Positions 1-9,905 of a stretch of 64,000 nucleotides of DNA are shown piece after piece. The position numbers and the translations under genes are program-made. The stretch lies in NCBI GenBank assembly GCA_965231135.1, contig OZ246419.1:184754-248753 (forward strand). The letters run 5' to 3'. The notes under the pieces were generated by a model. That model was not told where the DNA came from. It did no database searches and saw only the letters and a list, made by a program, of their open reading frames with translations. Source of the DNA: an uncultured Gammaproteobacteria bacterium (GTDB taxonomy: Bacteria; Patescibacteriota; Microgenomatia; UBA8517). Numbering within the stretch: the stretch's first letter is position 1; each line of letters starts with the position of its first letter.

Positions 1-234
1 TTCTTTACGCCATGGGCACTATCTCCGCGCATTATGTTTTTGTATCACTATCTGCCCTCAATTCCCTTTATGGCGATTTTAATTGCATATGTTTTAAGAA
101 GATTTAAAGAATGGAGAATTCCATTTTTTGTTCTTGCCCTAATTTTATTTATTTATTTTTATCCACACTGGGCGGGACTTAAAATTCCATTGCAACTTGA
201 TACTTCATATTACTGGTTCCCAAGCTGGAGATAA
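1..234 (+). CDS. 3' end of an integral membrane protein; the gene continues upstream of the window
   Basis: A hydrophobic ORF (helices such as IPFMAILIAYVL and FFVLALILFIYFY) runs off the 5' edge. The tail resembles family-39 glycosyltransferase (PMT-like) tails, but the match is weak. Confidence 0.3.
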   Translation, partial: FFTPWALSPRIMFLYHYLPSIPFMAILIAYVLRRFKEWRIPFFVLALILFIYFYPHWAGLKIPLQLDTSYYWFPSWR

Positions 235-635
235 TCTAATTTTTCTTTTGCTTCTTTGTAACTAATACACCAAAGATAAAGTGGGCCTGATAAATATTTT
301 GCTCTGCGAGCTGTATCGAATTTCATATTTTTACTCTTTAGATATTTTATTTGCGTTTTTATTGCTTCAAATTCTTCATTAAAACGAAAGTTTCTCGAGA
401 AACAGTATTTTAAACCCCAAATAAACCAGCCAGCTTGTTTTTGTCTTTTGATGTGAGTTTGTTCGTGTAATAAAACTGAAACGTATTCTGGATTTGGATT
501 TTTTGACTTTAAGTTTTCGTAAATATTTTTTGGAATATAAATATTTGGATAAATTGCGTGAGCTGTATATTTGCCAAGAAGTGGCAAAGCTGTCCATGGA
601 AAAGTTTTGATTTTTACATTAGAAGGCAATTCCAT
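210..635 (-). CDS. putative Zn-dependent hydrolase with an HExxH motif (YgjP/DUF45-like)
   Basis: A 141-aa ORF carries LLHEQTHIKRQ followed by an aromatic-rich segment (WFIWGLKYCF). No other recognisable domain. Confidence 0.4.
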   Translation of the reverse strand: MELPSNVKIKTFPWTALPLLGKYTAHAIYPNIYIPKNIYENLKSKNPNPEYVSVLLHEQTHIKRQKQAGWFIWGLKYCFSRNFRFNEEFEAIKTQIKYLKSKNMKFDTARRAKYLSGPLYLWCISYKEAKEKLDYLQLGNQ

Positions 636-769
636 ATTGGAATTATATAATTTTATTTAATAAGGTAAAAACTTAAAACCCAGAAAGTTGAAAATAAAAT
701 TCCGGAGCCAATAAAATTTGATTAAAAAAGGAGCTGCAAATAAACCTGAGTAACTGATGAAGTTTGGCA

Positions 770-1330
770 TTAAAGTACTAATGCAAGGCTTATAACTAAC
801 AGTACAGCTCCTGCACCAATACCGATAATTGTTGGTTCAACTGTACCAGAGTTTGGCAATTGAGGGGCTGGGGTTGGAGACGCTGTTGCGATAAACGGTG
901 TTGCTGTTGCAGTAGATGTTGGCGTTGGTGACGGTGTTGGTGATGCTGTTTGGCAAACACAGGAAGTACTATCAGTACATGATGGATTTCTACAAACTCC
1001 GCCTGAGCAAGCCATTCCTGATATACAATCTGAATTGGTTGAACATGTTGTTCCACACTGGGGAACTGGAGTTGGGGTGGGGGTTGGAGAAACTGTTGGC
1101 GTTGGGCTAGCTGACGCTGTTGGGGTAGGTGTTGCAATAGTGAAAGTTAAGGCAGTGCAAGCTGGTGCTGGAGTTGCTGCATGAGGCTCACTGACAGGTG
1201 CATTTGGTGCAACTGCAGTTTGGCGAGATTGATAAAGCTTGATAGCAGTAAAGACCGCAATTCCTGCTAAAACAAGAGTTGCGATGACAATTATTATTGT
1301 GATAATATTTTTCTTTAAAAAATCTTGCAT
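770..1330 (-). CDS. Cys-rich cell-surface protein with Pro/Thr linkers, a candidate sortase substrate
   Basis: Has an N-terminal signal anchor and PTPTPS linkers. Its 8-Cys module PQCGTTCSTNSDCISGMACSGGVCRNPSCTDSTSCVCQ is shared with the next gene. The C terminus carries LPNSG followed by a hydrophobic tail. Confidence 0.5.
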   Translation of the reverse strand: MQDFLKKNIITIIIVIATLVLAGIAVFTAIKLYQSRQTAVAPNAPVSEPHAATPAPACTALTFTIATPTPTASASPTPTVSPTPTPTPVPQCGTTCSTNSDCISGMACSGGVCRNPSCTDSTSCVCQTASPTPSPTPTSTATATPFIATASPTPAPQLPNSGTVEPTIIGIGAGAVLLVISLALVL

Positions 1331-1331
1331 A

Positions 1332-2414
1332 TTAGAACCATTGATTTAAGCTTGCTTCATGAACTTCTGCTGTAATACTGAAACTTGAAACTCCTGATGG
1401 AATTGTATAGACCATATAAAAAGTTGAAGCGTCACCCGGCTTTGTTGATGTAACTGATGGTTGGAGGCTGCCATTGATCGTGAATCTTGCCATGTCTAGA
1501 GTACCAGTTGTCGTTCCGGTTACTGCAAGATTAACGTTTGTACCTGGAGTAAGCTGAGAAAGTTGGGCGATTGTTAAAGGTGCCCAGTTTGTGTCATATG
1601 CTTGTATATTTGAACAGGAAGCAGTAATTGTTGATGGTGTTGGAGTAGGTGTTTGACAGACACACGTTGCGGAAGTTATACAAGAAGGATTTCGACAAAC
1701 TCCTGCAGAGCAAGTCATACCATTTGCACAGTTAGCATTTGTTGTACAAGTACTTCCACATTGAGGAACTGGAGTTGGTATTGGTGTTGGGGCTGGAGTT
1801 TGAGCTGCGGCGCAACTGCAAACACCATTGCCTGAACCGACAACATCTATTTGTTGACAGGAACCTGCAGCTGGGGTTGTACAATAAGTACCAGTACCAA
1901 CTGTTTGGGTACCTTGATTGTTTTGAGAGGTAGGACAATTTGGACCACTGAATCTTTGGATCTGGACTGTGCCTGATGTTACATTAATACAACTTCCCGA
2001 TGCATTCCAATTTGAACCGCTTCCTCCGCCTCCGCCACAATTGTTTCCTCCATTACAAAACCCTCCTTGAGGTGCGCATTCAGGATGATTACTGCTTGAT
2101 GCTGCAGACCACGATCCACCTCTGCCCGCACAAGATCCAGCATCACTGCAGATATTGGAACAATTTCCTGCTGCTTCCTGGGGAATTAATTGTTTATTGT
2201 TTTGATTTTTGACAACTGCGACTCCTGCAACTAATGCCCCAATCATAAGTAGAAGGCTAAACATAGTTACGACGACTCTTTTTAAATTACTTTTTGGGCC
2301 TGGAGTAGAAGATGAAGTAACAACTGGATTTGGATCTGTTGGGCCGATTTGAGAAACTGGCGGAATTACCTGCTCGGTTGGGTTTTGAGGAACAGAACTA
2401 TCCATATATTTCAT
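1332..2414 (-). CDS. secreted Cys-rich protein paralogous to 770..1330
   Basis: Has a TM anchor and Gly/Cys-rich regions. It contains the same 8-Cys module (PQCGSTCTTNANCANGMTCSAGVCRNPSCITSATCVCQ) and PT linkers as its neighbour. Confidence 0.5.
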   Translation of the reverse strand: MKYMDSSVPQNPTEQVIPPVSQIGPTDPNPVVTSSSTPGPKSNLKRVVVTMFSLLLMIGALVAGVAVVKNQNNKQLIPQEAAGNCSNICSDAGSCAGRGGSWSAASSSNHPECAPQGGFCNGGNNCGGGGGSGSNWNASGSCINVTSGTVQIQRFSGPNCPTSQNNQGTQTVGTGTYCTTPAAGSCQQIDVVGSGNGVCSCAAAQTPAPTPIPTPVPQCGSTCTTNANCANGMTCSAGVCRNPSCITSATCVCQTPTPTPSTITASCSNIQAYDTNWAPLTIAQLSQLTPGTNVNLAVTGTTTGTLDMARFTINGSLQPSVTSTKPGDASTFYMVYTIPSGVSSFSITAEVHEASLNQWF

Positions 2415-2455
2415 AATATTGCAGTATCTTATGTGGAGTCAAGCAGAATTTCAGT

Positions 2456-3166
2456 TTAGGGAAGATTTATCTGTACAGATGGAACTTGATTTGAACCTGT
2501 GTTATTAGTTTGATTTCTGAAATCGTAAGCGTTTCCAAGAATTATTAAAGGAACTGGATTTGCGTCCTGTAAATTAATTTTTGCGGATGCAATTGAAGTT
2601 ACCGAGCTTTCAACAAGGATTTGTAAAAGAGTATTACCATCAACTTTTGGAATTGTTGCTATCCAATTTCCGCTTGGAGTAACAATACTTGCAAAATTAC
2701 TATTTCCTTCGACAATATAAACCAAAGCGTTTTTGGCTGGAAAATTATCTTTGTCAAAGACTTGTCCAGAAATGATTTGAGTATTTGTTGAAGAATTTTT
2801 TGTTACCGCTGATGAAACGGGCAAATTGTCAAAAAAGCTACCACTTGAGTTTATACGAAATGAATAATTGGTATTATTTTGCAGATTGGTTATTTTTACA
2901 AAATGAGTTAGAGTTTTGGTTGTGATTTCACTTTCGTTTGTTTGGCCGTTTCCTGAATATTCTACAAAACCAATTGAAGGATTATCTGTCAGCCAAGTGA
3001 CAGTAAAAGAATTGCTTTCAATATTTGTAACTCTTACATCTTGAGGATTGTCGAGAGTGTCTGCATTTGAAGTAAAAACTTTTGCTTCGTTGATTATAAA
3101 AACAGACGAAGTAATAGCAGTTAATAAAATAAAAATTGCTAGGACACTTGGAATTTTTGCTTTCAT
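2456..3166 (-). CDS. secreted protein with a fibronectin-III-like beta-sandwich
   Basis: Has a signal peptide (MKAKIPSVLAIFILLTAITSS). The pattern VRVTNIESNSFTVTW...NTNYSFRI is typical of FN3 domains. Confidence 0.4.
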   Translation of the reverse strand: MKAKIPSVLAIFILLTAITSSVFIINEAKVFTSNADTLDNPQDVRVTNIESNSFTVTWLTDNPSIGFVEYSGNGQTNESEITTKTLTHFVKITNLQNNTNYSFRINSSGSFFDNLPVSSAVTKNSSTNTQIISGQVFDKDNFPAKNALVYIVEGNSNFASIVTPSGNWIATIPKVDGNTLLQILVESSVTSIASAKINLQDANPVPLIILGNAYDFRNQTNNTGSNQVPSVQINLP

Positions 3167-3495
3167 GGTGTTGCAGATGGTGACGGGGTAACACTTGCTG
3201 AAGGCGTACTTACTGATATTGGAGTTGGAGAAGGCGTAAGCGATGGAATTGGTGTTCCTGTTTCTGATACTGCTTCGGTATTTCCTATTTGATCATCTGT
3301 AAGATAGTTTCTTGCTTGTATTGCATCTAAACTTTTTGTATCAAGAGTTGGATCAAGGGGATTAATTATTGCTTGGGGAACAGGAGGGACAGGTTTGGTT
3401 GTAAGGCTGTGATAAACTTCAAATCCAGTCCAAAAGATCACTGTTATTAGTGTAAGAATTGCTGTTATTAATATTCCAGGTTTTTTTGCTTTCAT
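3163..3495 (-). CDS. small membrane-anchored Pro/Ser/Thr-rich protein (possibly PilP-like, an accessory pilus protein)
   Basis: N-terminal TM segment followed by a PSPTP-rich tail. The ATGA overlap with the downstream gene indicates operon coupling. Confidence 0.35.
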   Translation of the reverse strand: MKAKKPGILITAILTLITVIFWTGFEVYHSLTTKPVPPVPQAIINPLDPTLDTKSLDAIQARNYLTDDQIGNTEAVSETGTPIPSLTPSPTPISVSTPSASVTPSPSATP

Positions 3496-3496
3496 A

Positions 3497-4102
3497 TTAT
3501 TGTATGTAAGGAATTTGTGGCGTAATTGTCAAATTCAAAACATTATTTTGAATACTAAGATCAAATTTGATAAAGTTTGCCGGTCTTCTTAAATTTTCAA
3601 TATCTTTTATCATGTTTTCAAGACTTGAATAATCTCCTGTAGCTAAGAAAGTAATTTGTGCGGACTGAGCAGCAGGAGCTGCACTTGATGATGCAACTAA
3701 AGGAATATTTGATGTTTGCATACTTTGAATACTAACATTTTCTTTTTGCGCAAGACCAACAATTTGGCGAATGTAATCTTGTATACCAGGATTAAACGGA
3801 ACTGCCTGGTCTAATAATTTGATTTTATCTTCGTTTTGGTTGAAGAGATTTTGGGCAATCCCTAAATTTTTAATTTTGGTGTCAAGAGCGTCGGATGTTT
3901 GCTGTTCTGCTTGTATTTTTGTAAGTAGATCGCTTATTGTTACAAGAGTTGGTTTAATTGCGAACACAAAAAAGATTGCAACTGCAGTGATAGAAAGAAG
4001 GACTTCCAGATAAGATTTCAGATCCTGTCTTTGTCTATACAAGGCAAAGATATTTGCAAAATATCTTTGATAAGTAACTTCTCGAAAACTATTAGTTGCC
4101 AT
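3497..4102 (-). CDS. pilO: type IV pilus assembly protein PilO-like
   Basis: Single TM helix, a coiled-coil region, and a size and position immediately after the pilN-like gene that fit PilO. Confidence 0.5.
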   Translation of the reverse strand: MATNSFREVTYQRYFANIFALYRQRQDLKSYLEVLLSITAVAIFFVFAIKPTLVTISDLLTKIQAEQQTSDALDTKIKNLGIAQNLFNQNEDKIKLLDQAVPFNPGIQDYIRQIVGLAQKENVSIQSMQTSNIPLVASSSAAPAAQSAQITFLATGDYSSLENMIKDIENLRRPANFIKFDLSIQNNVLNLTITPQIPYIQ

Positions 4103-4655
4103 TTGCCCTCCCTTTAATTGTCGCAGTTATCATGAAAGTTAAATCAGGATTTCCTTCTTTTGCGTTAACTGAAGTTACGGCAGCGCTTGTGAAATTTGTT
4201 CCTGAATTTAAACTTTGAAGAAATAAAGAAATGTCGTTTTGGTTTTGGGTGGTGCCTGTTAATTCTAGTTTTGATCCGTTAATATTTGTTTCTGTCAGAA
4301 TAATATCTGAGGGAATTTTACCGCTTATTTCGTCTAGAATTGGGCTTAAATTATTGGATGCTACATTATAAGTTGCAAAGAGGGCAATTTGAGACTGGGT
4401 TTGACGAAATTTATTTTCAAAAATGGAATATGAAGAGACAATGGTTTTTTTTTGGTTTATATCGTCTATCAACTGCGAAGATTTGGCATCAAGGACAAAA
4501 CGAGACAAGAAGGCAGCCATAACAATCATTTCTGTAGCTATAACAATATAACGAAATGTAGTTAAGACCCATTTTAGAGTACGGCCGAATGTTGAAGCTT
4601 CAAATTCTTCTTGGGGAAGAAGATTAATTTGTTTTTCTTTGATTTTTTTAGCCAT
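4092..4655 (-). CDS. pilN: type IV pilus assembly protein PilN-like
   Basis: The conserved N-terminal INLLP motif, then a TM helix and a periplasmic domain. Confidence 0.6.
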   Translation of the reverse strand: MAKKIKEKQINLLPQEEFEASTFGRTLKWVLTTFRYIVIATEMIVMAAFLSRFVLDAKSSQLIDDINQKKTIVSSYSIFENKFRQTQSQIALFATYNVASNNLSPILDEISGKIPSDIILTETNINGSKLELTGTTQNQNDISLFLQSLNSGTNFTSAAVTSVNAKEGNPDLTFMITATIKGRANGN

Positions 4656-4714
4656 GGCAGGATAGTTATTTCAATATACCATATGAAAGAATGTGAAAGA
4701 ACTATCGCGAAGCG

Positions 4715-4729
4715 ACAAGCTTCGCTTAT
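4715..4729 (-). repeat. stop-codon-embedded hairpin motif ATAAGCGAAGCTTGT at the 3' end of rpsT (a member of the dispersed family)
   Basis: The reverse complement of 4715..4729 reads ATAAGC-GAA-GCTTGT with the rpsT TAA stop inside it. It extends to a 7-bp stem GCGAAGC/GCTTCGC. Confidence 0.5.
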
Positions 4730-4974
4730 TTTTTCTTTGAAGTTTTATTTAACTTTGAGAGAGAGGATTTGATTCTTGCAGCTTTGTTTTTATGAATAGT
4801 GTGCTTTTTAGCAGCACGATCTGCAAGAGACATTGCAGATTTAATTGCTTTATCGCTTTTTGATTTTTTTGCTTGTCTAATTGCTGCCTCAAGCTTTTTT
4901 ATAATAGATAAATTAATGATTCCTTTTTTTGTGGAACCTCTTAACGCTCTTTTTGCTGATACTGTTACTGGCAT
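4726..4974 (-). CDS. rpsT: 30S ribosomal protein S20
   Basis: Basic 82-aa protein carrying the IHKNKAAR signature of S20. Confidence 0.85.
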   Translation of the reverse strand: MPVTVSAKRALRGSTKKGIINLSIIKKLEAAIRQAKKSKSDKAIKSAMSLADRAAKKHTIHKNKAARIKSSLSKLNKTSKKK

Positions 4975-5001
4975 ATCTTCAAGTATAATATAAATTCAGG
5001 C

Positions 5002-6681
5002 ATGAATCAAATTCTTAATAAGTCCAAGAAAATATTTTTATCAGAGCAGACTTCAATCCTTTCTGCTGCAAATGTAATTATGGTGATGACATTTTCATCG
5101 CTTATTTTGGGATTGCTGCAAAAGCGTGTGATATTAACCTTTTTTGATCAGGACCAATTTTCGCTTTTTTCTGCAGCATTTAGATTGCCTGATCTTGTTT
5201 TTTCTGTTCTTGTTTATGGAATGTTTGCTTCTGCTTTTATACCGATTTTTACAAAATTACTTCGACGAGGGAATAAAGAAGCATGGGAGACTGCAAGCCG
5301 CACTGTAAATATTTGTTTAATTTCATTTGCCTTTTTTGCAATACTGATTGGGATTTTTGCAGACCAATTTTATTCTTTGATTGCACCAGGATATACAGGA
5401 GCTGAGATTCATTTAATTGCAAACTTGGCACGGGTGATGTTTTTTGCACAAGGAATTTTTGTGATTAGTTATGTATTAACTAGTGTTCTTGAATCTTTGA
5501 GAAGATTTTTGATTCCTGCACTTGCTCCTGTATTTTATAATTTGGGATTAATAATTGGAACAGTGCTACTTCATAAACAACTTGGGCTTATGGCACCTGC
5601 TGTTGGAGTAGTTCTTGGAGCATTAACGCATTTTTTGATTCAATTACCACTTGCTTATCAGCTTGGATTTAGATTTGGAAAAAATATAAAACCAAACGAC
5701 GGAGTGAAAGATATTGCAAAACTTGCTGCTCCAAGGCTTGTTGATTTGGGATTTCAACAAATTGCTGATACAGTCGTGCTTTATTTTGCATCTTTAATTT
5801 CTGTTGCTTCTTATGGATATTTTACCCTTGCCAATTCATTACAGGCTGCGCCTGTCCGGCTTTTTGGAACAAGTTTGGCAAAGGCAGCACTGCCAACTTT
5901 AACTCGGGAAAATGAAAACTTACCAAAATTCCGCGATATTTTATTTAGGACAATTTACCAAATGTTTTTTTTGGTTGCTCCTGTTGTTACTTTATTGATA
6001 GTTCTTCGTATTCCTATTGTTAGAATTTTATTTGGAACTTATAAATTTGATTGGGATGCAACAGTCGAGACAGGGATGGTATTAACGGGATTTAGCGTAG
6101 GGATCGTCTTTCAGACTTTTGTGCCAATGCTTGCGAGAGGGTTTTATGCACTTCATGATACGCAAACTCCTGTAATTATTTCTGTAATTGGAGATTCGTT
6201 TGTGATTGTATCAAGTATATTTTTGGTAAGTAGCCTTCACATGTCTTCCTGGGCACTTGGATTTGCTTATTCGATTGGCGCTTTCATTGAAACAATAATT
6301 TTACTGATTGTTTTGAAACGTAAAATCAAAAACTTTTCTTTGGTCAAAGTAATATTGCCATTGTCAAAAACATTCTTTGCTTGCATTGTTTCAGGGGGAG
6401 TAATGTATTATTTACTTAAGTTTTTTGATAAATGGGATCCTATCAAAATAGCAAGACCAATTGCATTTCAGACGCTTGTAATTGATACAAGATATACTCT
6501 TAATTTGATTGTGCTTACAGGGCTTGTTGCAATTATTGGGATGGTTATATATATAGTATTGTCTTTTGTTTTGAAGTCACAGGAGTTAAATGACATATGG
6601 ATGACAATTTGGTCGAAGAGAGGATTTATTTTGCGAACACCTACAGAACCAGCCGAAGACCTTGAAAACGGAGTATCGTGA
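5002..6681 (+). CDS. murJ: lipid II flippase MurJ
   Basis: A 559-aa polytopic membrane protein. The N-terminal FRLPDLVF...GMFASAFIPIFTK block is typical of MurJ/MviN. Confidence 0.85.
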   Translation: MNQILNKSKKIFLSEQTSILSAANVIMVMTFSSLILGLLQKRVILTFFDQDQFSLFSAAFRLPDLVFSVLVYGMFASAFIPIFTKLLRRGNKEAWETASRTVNICLISFAFFAILIGIFADQFYSLIAPGYTGAEIHLIANLARVMFFAQGIFVISYVLTSVLESLRRFLIPALAPVFYNLGLIIGTVLLHKQLGLMAPAVGVVLGALTHFLIQLPLAYQLGFRFGKNIKPNDGVKDIAKLAAPRLVDLGFQQIADTVVLYFASLISVASYGYFTLANSLQAAPVRLFGTSLAKAALPTLTRENENLPKFRDILFRTIYQMFFLVAPVVTLLIVLRIPIVRILFGTYKFDWDATVETGMVLTGFSVGIVFQTFVPMLARGFYALHDTQTPVIISVIGDSFVIVSSIFLVSSLHMSSWALGFAYSIGAFIETIILLIVLKRKIKNFSLVKVILPLSKTFFACIVSGGVMYYLLKFFDKWDPIKIARPIAFQTLVIDTRYTLNLIVLTGLVAIIGMVIYIVLSFVLKSQELNDIWMTIWSKRGFILRTPTEPAEDLENGVS

Positions 6682-6683
6682 GC

Positions 6684-6721
6684 TTGACAAGGTCCTAGCA
6701 GTCGTATTATATTAGTGCTAA
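6684..6721 (+). promoter_or_regulatory. sigma70-like promoter (TTGACA, then TTATAT 17 nt later) overlapping CIRCE-like operator no. 1 (CTAGCAGTC-N9-TAGTGCTAA)
   Basis: TTGACA at 6684-6689. The inverted repeat at 6695-6721 resembles the CIRCE consensus TTAGCACTC-N9-GAGTGCTAA. The hrcA ATG at 6723 follows 2 nt later, which implies a leaderless or near-leaderless mRNA. Confidence 0.6.
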
Positions 6722-6722
6722 G

Positions 6723-7448
6723 ATGACTGGTGCTTTAACTTCGAGACAAACTCAGATACTTAAATCGATTATTGAAGAGTTTATTGCAACTGCGACTCCT
6801 GTTGGGTCAAATGCTCTTGAAAAAAAATATAATTTAGGAATTTCTCCTGCAACAATCCGCGCTGAAATGGTTAATTTGACAGCTATGAAATATTTAAAGC
6901 AACCTCATACTTCAAGCGGAAGAATTCCTACTCCAATGGCGATGAAATTTTATATAAACCAACTTATGGAAGAGAAACAACTGGGAGTAGTTGATGAAGT
7001 GCAGGCAAAAGAACAAGTAGCAAGTGCAAAGGATGACTTTGATAAATTAATGAGTAATGCAACACAAGCGCTAGCTAATAAAACACATAGCTTGGCTGTA
7101 GCTGCAACTGACGAAGGAGATGTTTGGAGAGCGGGAATGAAAAATGTTTTTGATAATCCTGAATTTGAAACTTTGGAAGTTTGCCAGAGAATTTTTTCCA
7201 TGATTGAAGAAGCGAATTTGGTACATGAACTTTTTTTTGAGAGACTTACAGGAATGAGCCCGGTTGAAATTCTTTTTGGACAGGAGCTTTCTTGGCCAAT
7301 GCTATCTGACCTTGGAGTTGTTGCAACAAGATTTGATATAAATGGACGACACGGTGCAATTGGAGTAATTGGACCATTTAGACAGGCGCCAAATATGATT
7401 CCAAGTGTTCGGTATTTTAGAACTTTACTTGAAGAATTATTAGTATAA
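6723..7448 (+). CDS. hrcA: heat-inducible transcription repressor HrcA (short form)
   Basis: The N-terminal winged helix (LTSRQTQILKSIIEEFIATATPVGS...ISPATIRAEM...QPHTSSGRIPT) matches HrcA. It is followed by grpE-dnaK. Confidence 0.85.
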   Translation: MTGALTSRQTQILKSIIEEFIATATPVGSNALEKKYNLGISPATIRAEMVNLTAMKYLKQPHTSSGRIPTPMAMKFYINQLMEEKQLGVVDEVQAKEQVASAKDDFDKLMSNATQALANKTHSLAVAATDEGDVWRAGMKNVFDNPEFETLEVCQRIFSMIEEANLVHELFFERLTGMSPVEILFGQELSWPMLSDLGVVATRFDINGRHGAIGVIGPFRQAPNMIPSVRYFRTLLEELLV

Positions 7449-7450
7449 CT

Positions 7451-7478
7451 CGTACTTTCTTTTAAAAGAAAGATACGG
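7451..7478 (+). other. long AU-rich hairpin between hrcA and grpE
   Basis: The near-perfect palindrome cgtactttctttt/aaaagaaagatacg gives a roughly 13-bp stem with one bulge and no U tract. Confidence 0.35.
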
Positions 7479-7487
7479 CAAAGAAAT

Positions 7488-7952
7488 ATGAAACAAAAGA
7501 AACAGGAAAATAAAAAAGAAAATATTGAAGTTGAGATACTTAAAAATCAACTTGCTCGCACTCTTGCTGATTATGATAATCTGCAAAAGAGAACCCAAGA
7601 AGAAAAAATCACATGGATAAAATTTGCAACTGAAAAATTAATTCAAAACCTACTTCCTGTGCTTGATGGTTTTGAAATGGCACAAAAACATTTGAAAGAT
7701 GCTGGGCTTGCAATAACAGTTGGACAATTTAAGGATGTTTTAAAACAAGAAGGACTTGAGGAGATAAATCCAAAAGTTGATGAAACTTTTGATGAAAATA
7801 CAATGGAGGCAATTGAAATAGTTGAAGATAAAGAAAAGAATAATCAAATTGCTGAAGTTTTAACAAATGGATGGAAATTTATGGACGGAATGGTTGTAAG
7901 GCATGCAAGAGTAAAAGTTTTTAAGAAAAATGAGGCTGAAAAAGCCTCTTGA
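7488..7952 (+). CDS. grpE: nucleotide exchange factor GrpE
   Basis: 154-aa protein with a coiled-coil N terminus and a GrpE-like C terminus. It sits between hrcA and dnaK. Confidence 0.85.
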   Translation: MKQKKQENKKENIEVEILKNQLARTLADYDNLQKRTQEEKITWIKFATEKLIQNLLPVLDGFEMAQKHLKDAGLAITVGQFKDVLKQEGLEEINPKVDETFDENTMEAIEIVEDKEKNNQIAEVLTNGWKFMDGMVVRHARVKVFKKNEAEKAS

Positions 7953-7986
7953 CAAGGAATTGGCAGTCGTTATATATTAGTGCTAA
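7949..7986 (+). promoter_or_regulatory. sigma70-like promoter (TTGACA overlapping the grpE stop) plus CIRCE-like operator no. 2 (TTGGCAGTC-N9-TAGTGCTAA)
   Basis: Nearly the same sequence block as the hrcA element. It lies 20 nt upstream of the dnaK ATG. Confidence 0.6.
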
Positions 7987-8006
7987 TAGAGCTTTATTAA
8001 ATAAAT

Positions 8007-9905
8007 ATGTCGAAAATAATTGGAATTGATTTAGGGACTACAAACAGCTGCGTTGCTGTACTTGAAGCCGGAAGACCAAAAGTTATTCCTGGAGTTGATA
8101 CTGGAAAAAATACTACACCTTCTGTGGTTGAGCCAATTAAAAATCTTGTAGGGGACGTTGCAAAGCGCCAAATGATTCTTAATCCAAAAAATACAATTTA
8201 CTCTGCAAAACGTTTAATGGGTCGTCGATTTGAAGACAAAGAAGTACAAAGAACTATCGATATGGTGCCTTACAAAATTGTTAAGGGTAAAAATGAAATG
8301 GCTGATATTGAAGTTGATGGTAAAACATTTACTCCCCAGGAAATTGGATCACGAGTTTTGATGAAACTCAAAAAAGATGCTGAGAAATATTTAGGGGAAA
8401 CTGTAGACCGCGCTGTAATTACAGTCCCTGCATATTTTGATGATGCGCAAAGACAAGCTACAAAACAAGCTGGAGAAATTGCAGGACTTAAAGTAGAACG
8501 CATTATAAACGAACCAACTGCTGCTGCTCTTGCTTACGGAATGGAAAAGAAAGCAAATCAGAAAATCGCAGTTTACGATCTTGGAGGAGGAACCTTTGAT
8601 ATTTCAGTACTTGAACTTGGAGACGGAGTCTTTGAGGTAAAAGCCACAAACGGAGATACACACCTTGGAGGAGATGATTTTGATGCAAAGATAGTTGATT
8701 ATATTTGTGAAGAATTTAAGAAAGAAACGAGCGTTGATCTTAAAAAAGATCCACAAGCGCTTCAAAGAGTTCGAGATGCAGCTGAAAAAGCAAAAATTGA
8801 ATTAAGCGCTGCTGAAGAGGTAGAAATTAATCAGCCTTATATTACACAACACGACGGACAGCCGCTTCATTTAACAATGAAATTAACACGCGCCAAACTT
8901 GAAGGATTAGTTGATGATTTGATTCAAAAAACAATTAAACCAGTCGAAGAGTGTTTGAAGGATTCTAAATTAAGCGCGAAAGATATTGACGAAGTGATTA
9001 TGGTTGGAGGAATGACTCGTATGCCAAAGGTTGTAGAAACAGTTAAGCAATTTTTTGGAAAAGATCCAAACCAATCAGTTAATCCAGATGAGGTTGTTGC
9101 TGTTGGAGCTGCAATTCAAGGAGGAATTCTTGGAGGAGAAGTAAAAGATATTTTGTTACTTGATGTAACACCACTTACTTTGGCAATTGAAACAATGGGA
9201 GGAGTTGCAACGCCAATGATTCCAAGAAATACAACTATTCCAACAAGCAAGACAGAAACTTTTTCGACGGCAAGCGATAACCAAACACAGGTACAAATTC
9301 ATGTGACTCAAGGAGAGAGACCACTCAGTAATGACAATAAAACTTTGGGAACATTTACACTTGATGGAATTCCACCAGCACCAAGAGGAGTTCCTCAAGT
9401 TGAAGTTACTTTTGATATGGACAGCAGCGGAATTCTTAAGGTGACTGCAAAAGATAAAGCAACTGGAAAGACACAAAATATTCAAATTACTGGAGCTGTA
9501 GGCCTTTCTGATGATGAAGTAAAACGAATGCAGGAAGAAGCTGAGAAAAATAAAGCAGAGGATGAGAAAAAAGCTGAAGAAATTAAGCTCAAAAATCAAG
9601 CTGATGCTTTGATTACAACCGCTGAGAAGGCACTTAAAGATGGAGGAGATAAAGTGCCAGCTGATGTAAAAGAAAAAGTTGAAGCCAAAATAAAAGACCT
9701 TAAAGATGTAATGGAAAAAGGCTCTAAAGATGAAATTGAAGAGAAAACTAAAGCTTTGTCTGAAACTTTATCTGAAATAGGACAGGCAATGTATAAAGGT
9801 CAACAACCAGCTTCTGGAGAACAAAAAGAAGAGAACACAGAAGAAAAGAAAGATGAGAATGCTTCAGAAAAAGATAAAGCTGAAGAGGGACAGGTAGTGG
9901 AATGA
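8007..9905 (+). CDS. dnaK: molecular chaperone DnaK (Hsp70)
   Basis: [22 protein letters not shown] and the full Hsp70 architecture, with an acidic Lys/Glu-rich tail. Confidence 0.95.
   Translation: MSKIIGIDLGTTNSCVAVLEAGRPKVIPGVDTGKNTTPSVVEPIKNLVGDVAKRQMILNPKNTIYSAKRLMGRRFEDKEVQRTIDMVPYKIVKGKNEMADIEVDGKTFTPQEIGSRVLMKLKKDAEKYLGETVDRAVITVPAYFDDAQRQATKQAGEIAGLKVERIINEPTAAALAYGMEKKANQKIAVYDLGGGTFDISVLELGDGVFEVKATNGDTHLGGDDFDAKIVDYICEEFKKETSVDLKKDPQALQRVRDAAEKAKIELSAAEEVEINQPYITQHDGQPLHLTMKLTRAKLEGLVDDLIQKTIKPVEECLKDSKLSAKDIDEVIMVGGMTRMPKVVETVKQFFGKDPNQSVNPDEVVAVGAAIQGGILGGEVKDILLLDVTPLTLAIETMGGVATPMIPRNTTIPTSKTETFSTASDNQTQVQIHVTQGERPLSNDNKTLGTFTLDGIPPAPRGVPQVEVTFDMDSSGILKVTAKDKATGKTQNIQITGAVGLSDDEVKRMQEEAEKNKAEDEKKAEEIKLKNQADALITTAEKALKDGGDKVPADVKEKVEAKIKDLKDVMEKGSKDEIEEKTKALSETLSEIGQAMYKGQQPASGEQKEENTEEKKDENASEKDKAEEGQVVE

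Noticed and set aside
796-1137. Antisense or shadow ORFs inside confident genes (for example 796-1137, 9156-9599, 17004-17594, 18445-18852, 24616-25170, 38479-39072, 55897-56906)
   Set aside because: They lie wholly within well-supported coding regions on the opposite strand or in an alternative frame. They have low-complexity, Cys/Phe/Leu-rich composition typical of reverse-frame artefacts in AT-rich DNA.
840-1800. Tandem-looking CCAACWCCWACW repeats
   Set aside because: They are simply the coding sequence of Pro/Thr linker peptides in the two surface proteins, not an independent repeat element.
4707-4735. Plus-strand hairpin GCGAAGC-GACAA-GCTTCGC plus T-run, read as an intrinsic terminator
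   Set aside because: Both neighbouring genes are on the minus strand, and the T-run lies inside the rpsT coding end. I read it instead as the minus-strand stop-embedded ATAAGC...GCTTGT motif of rpsT.
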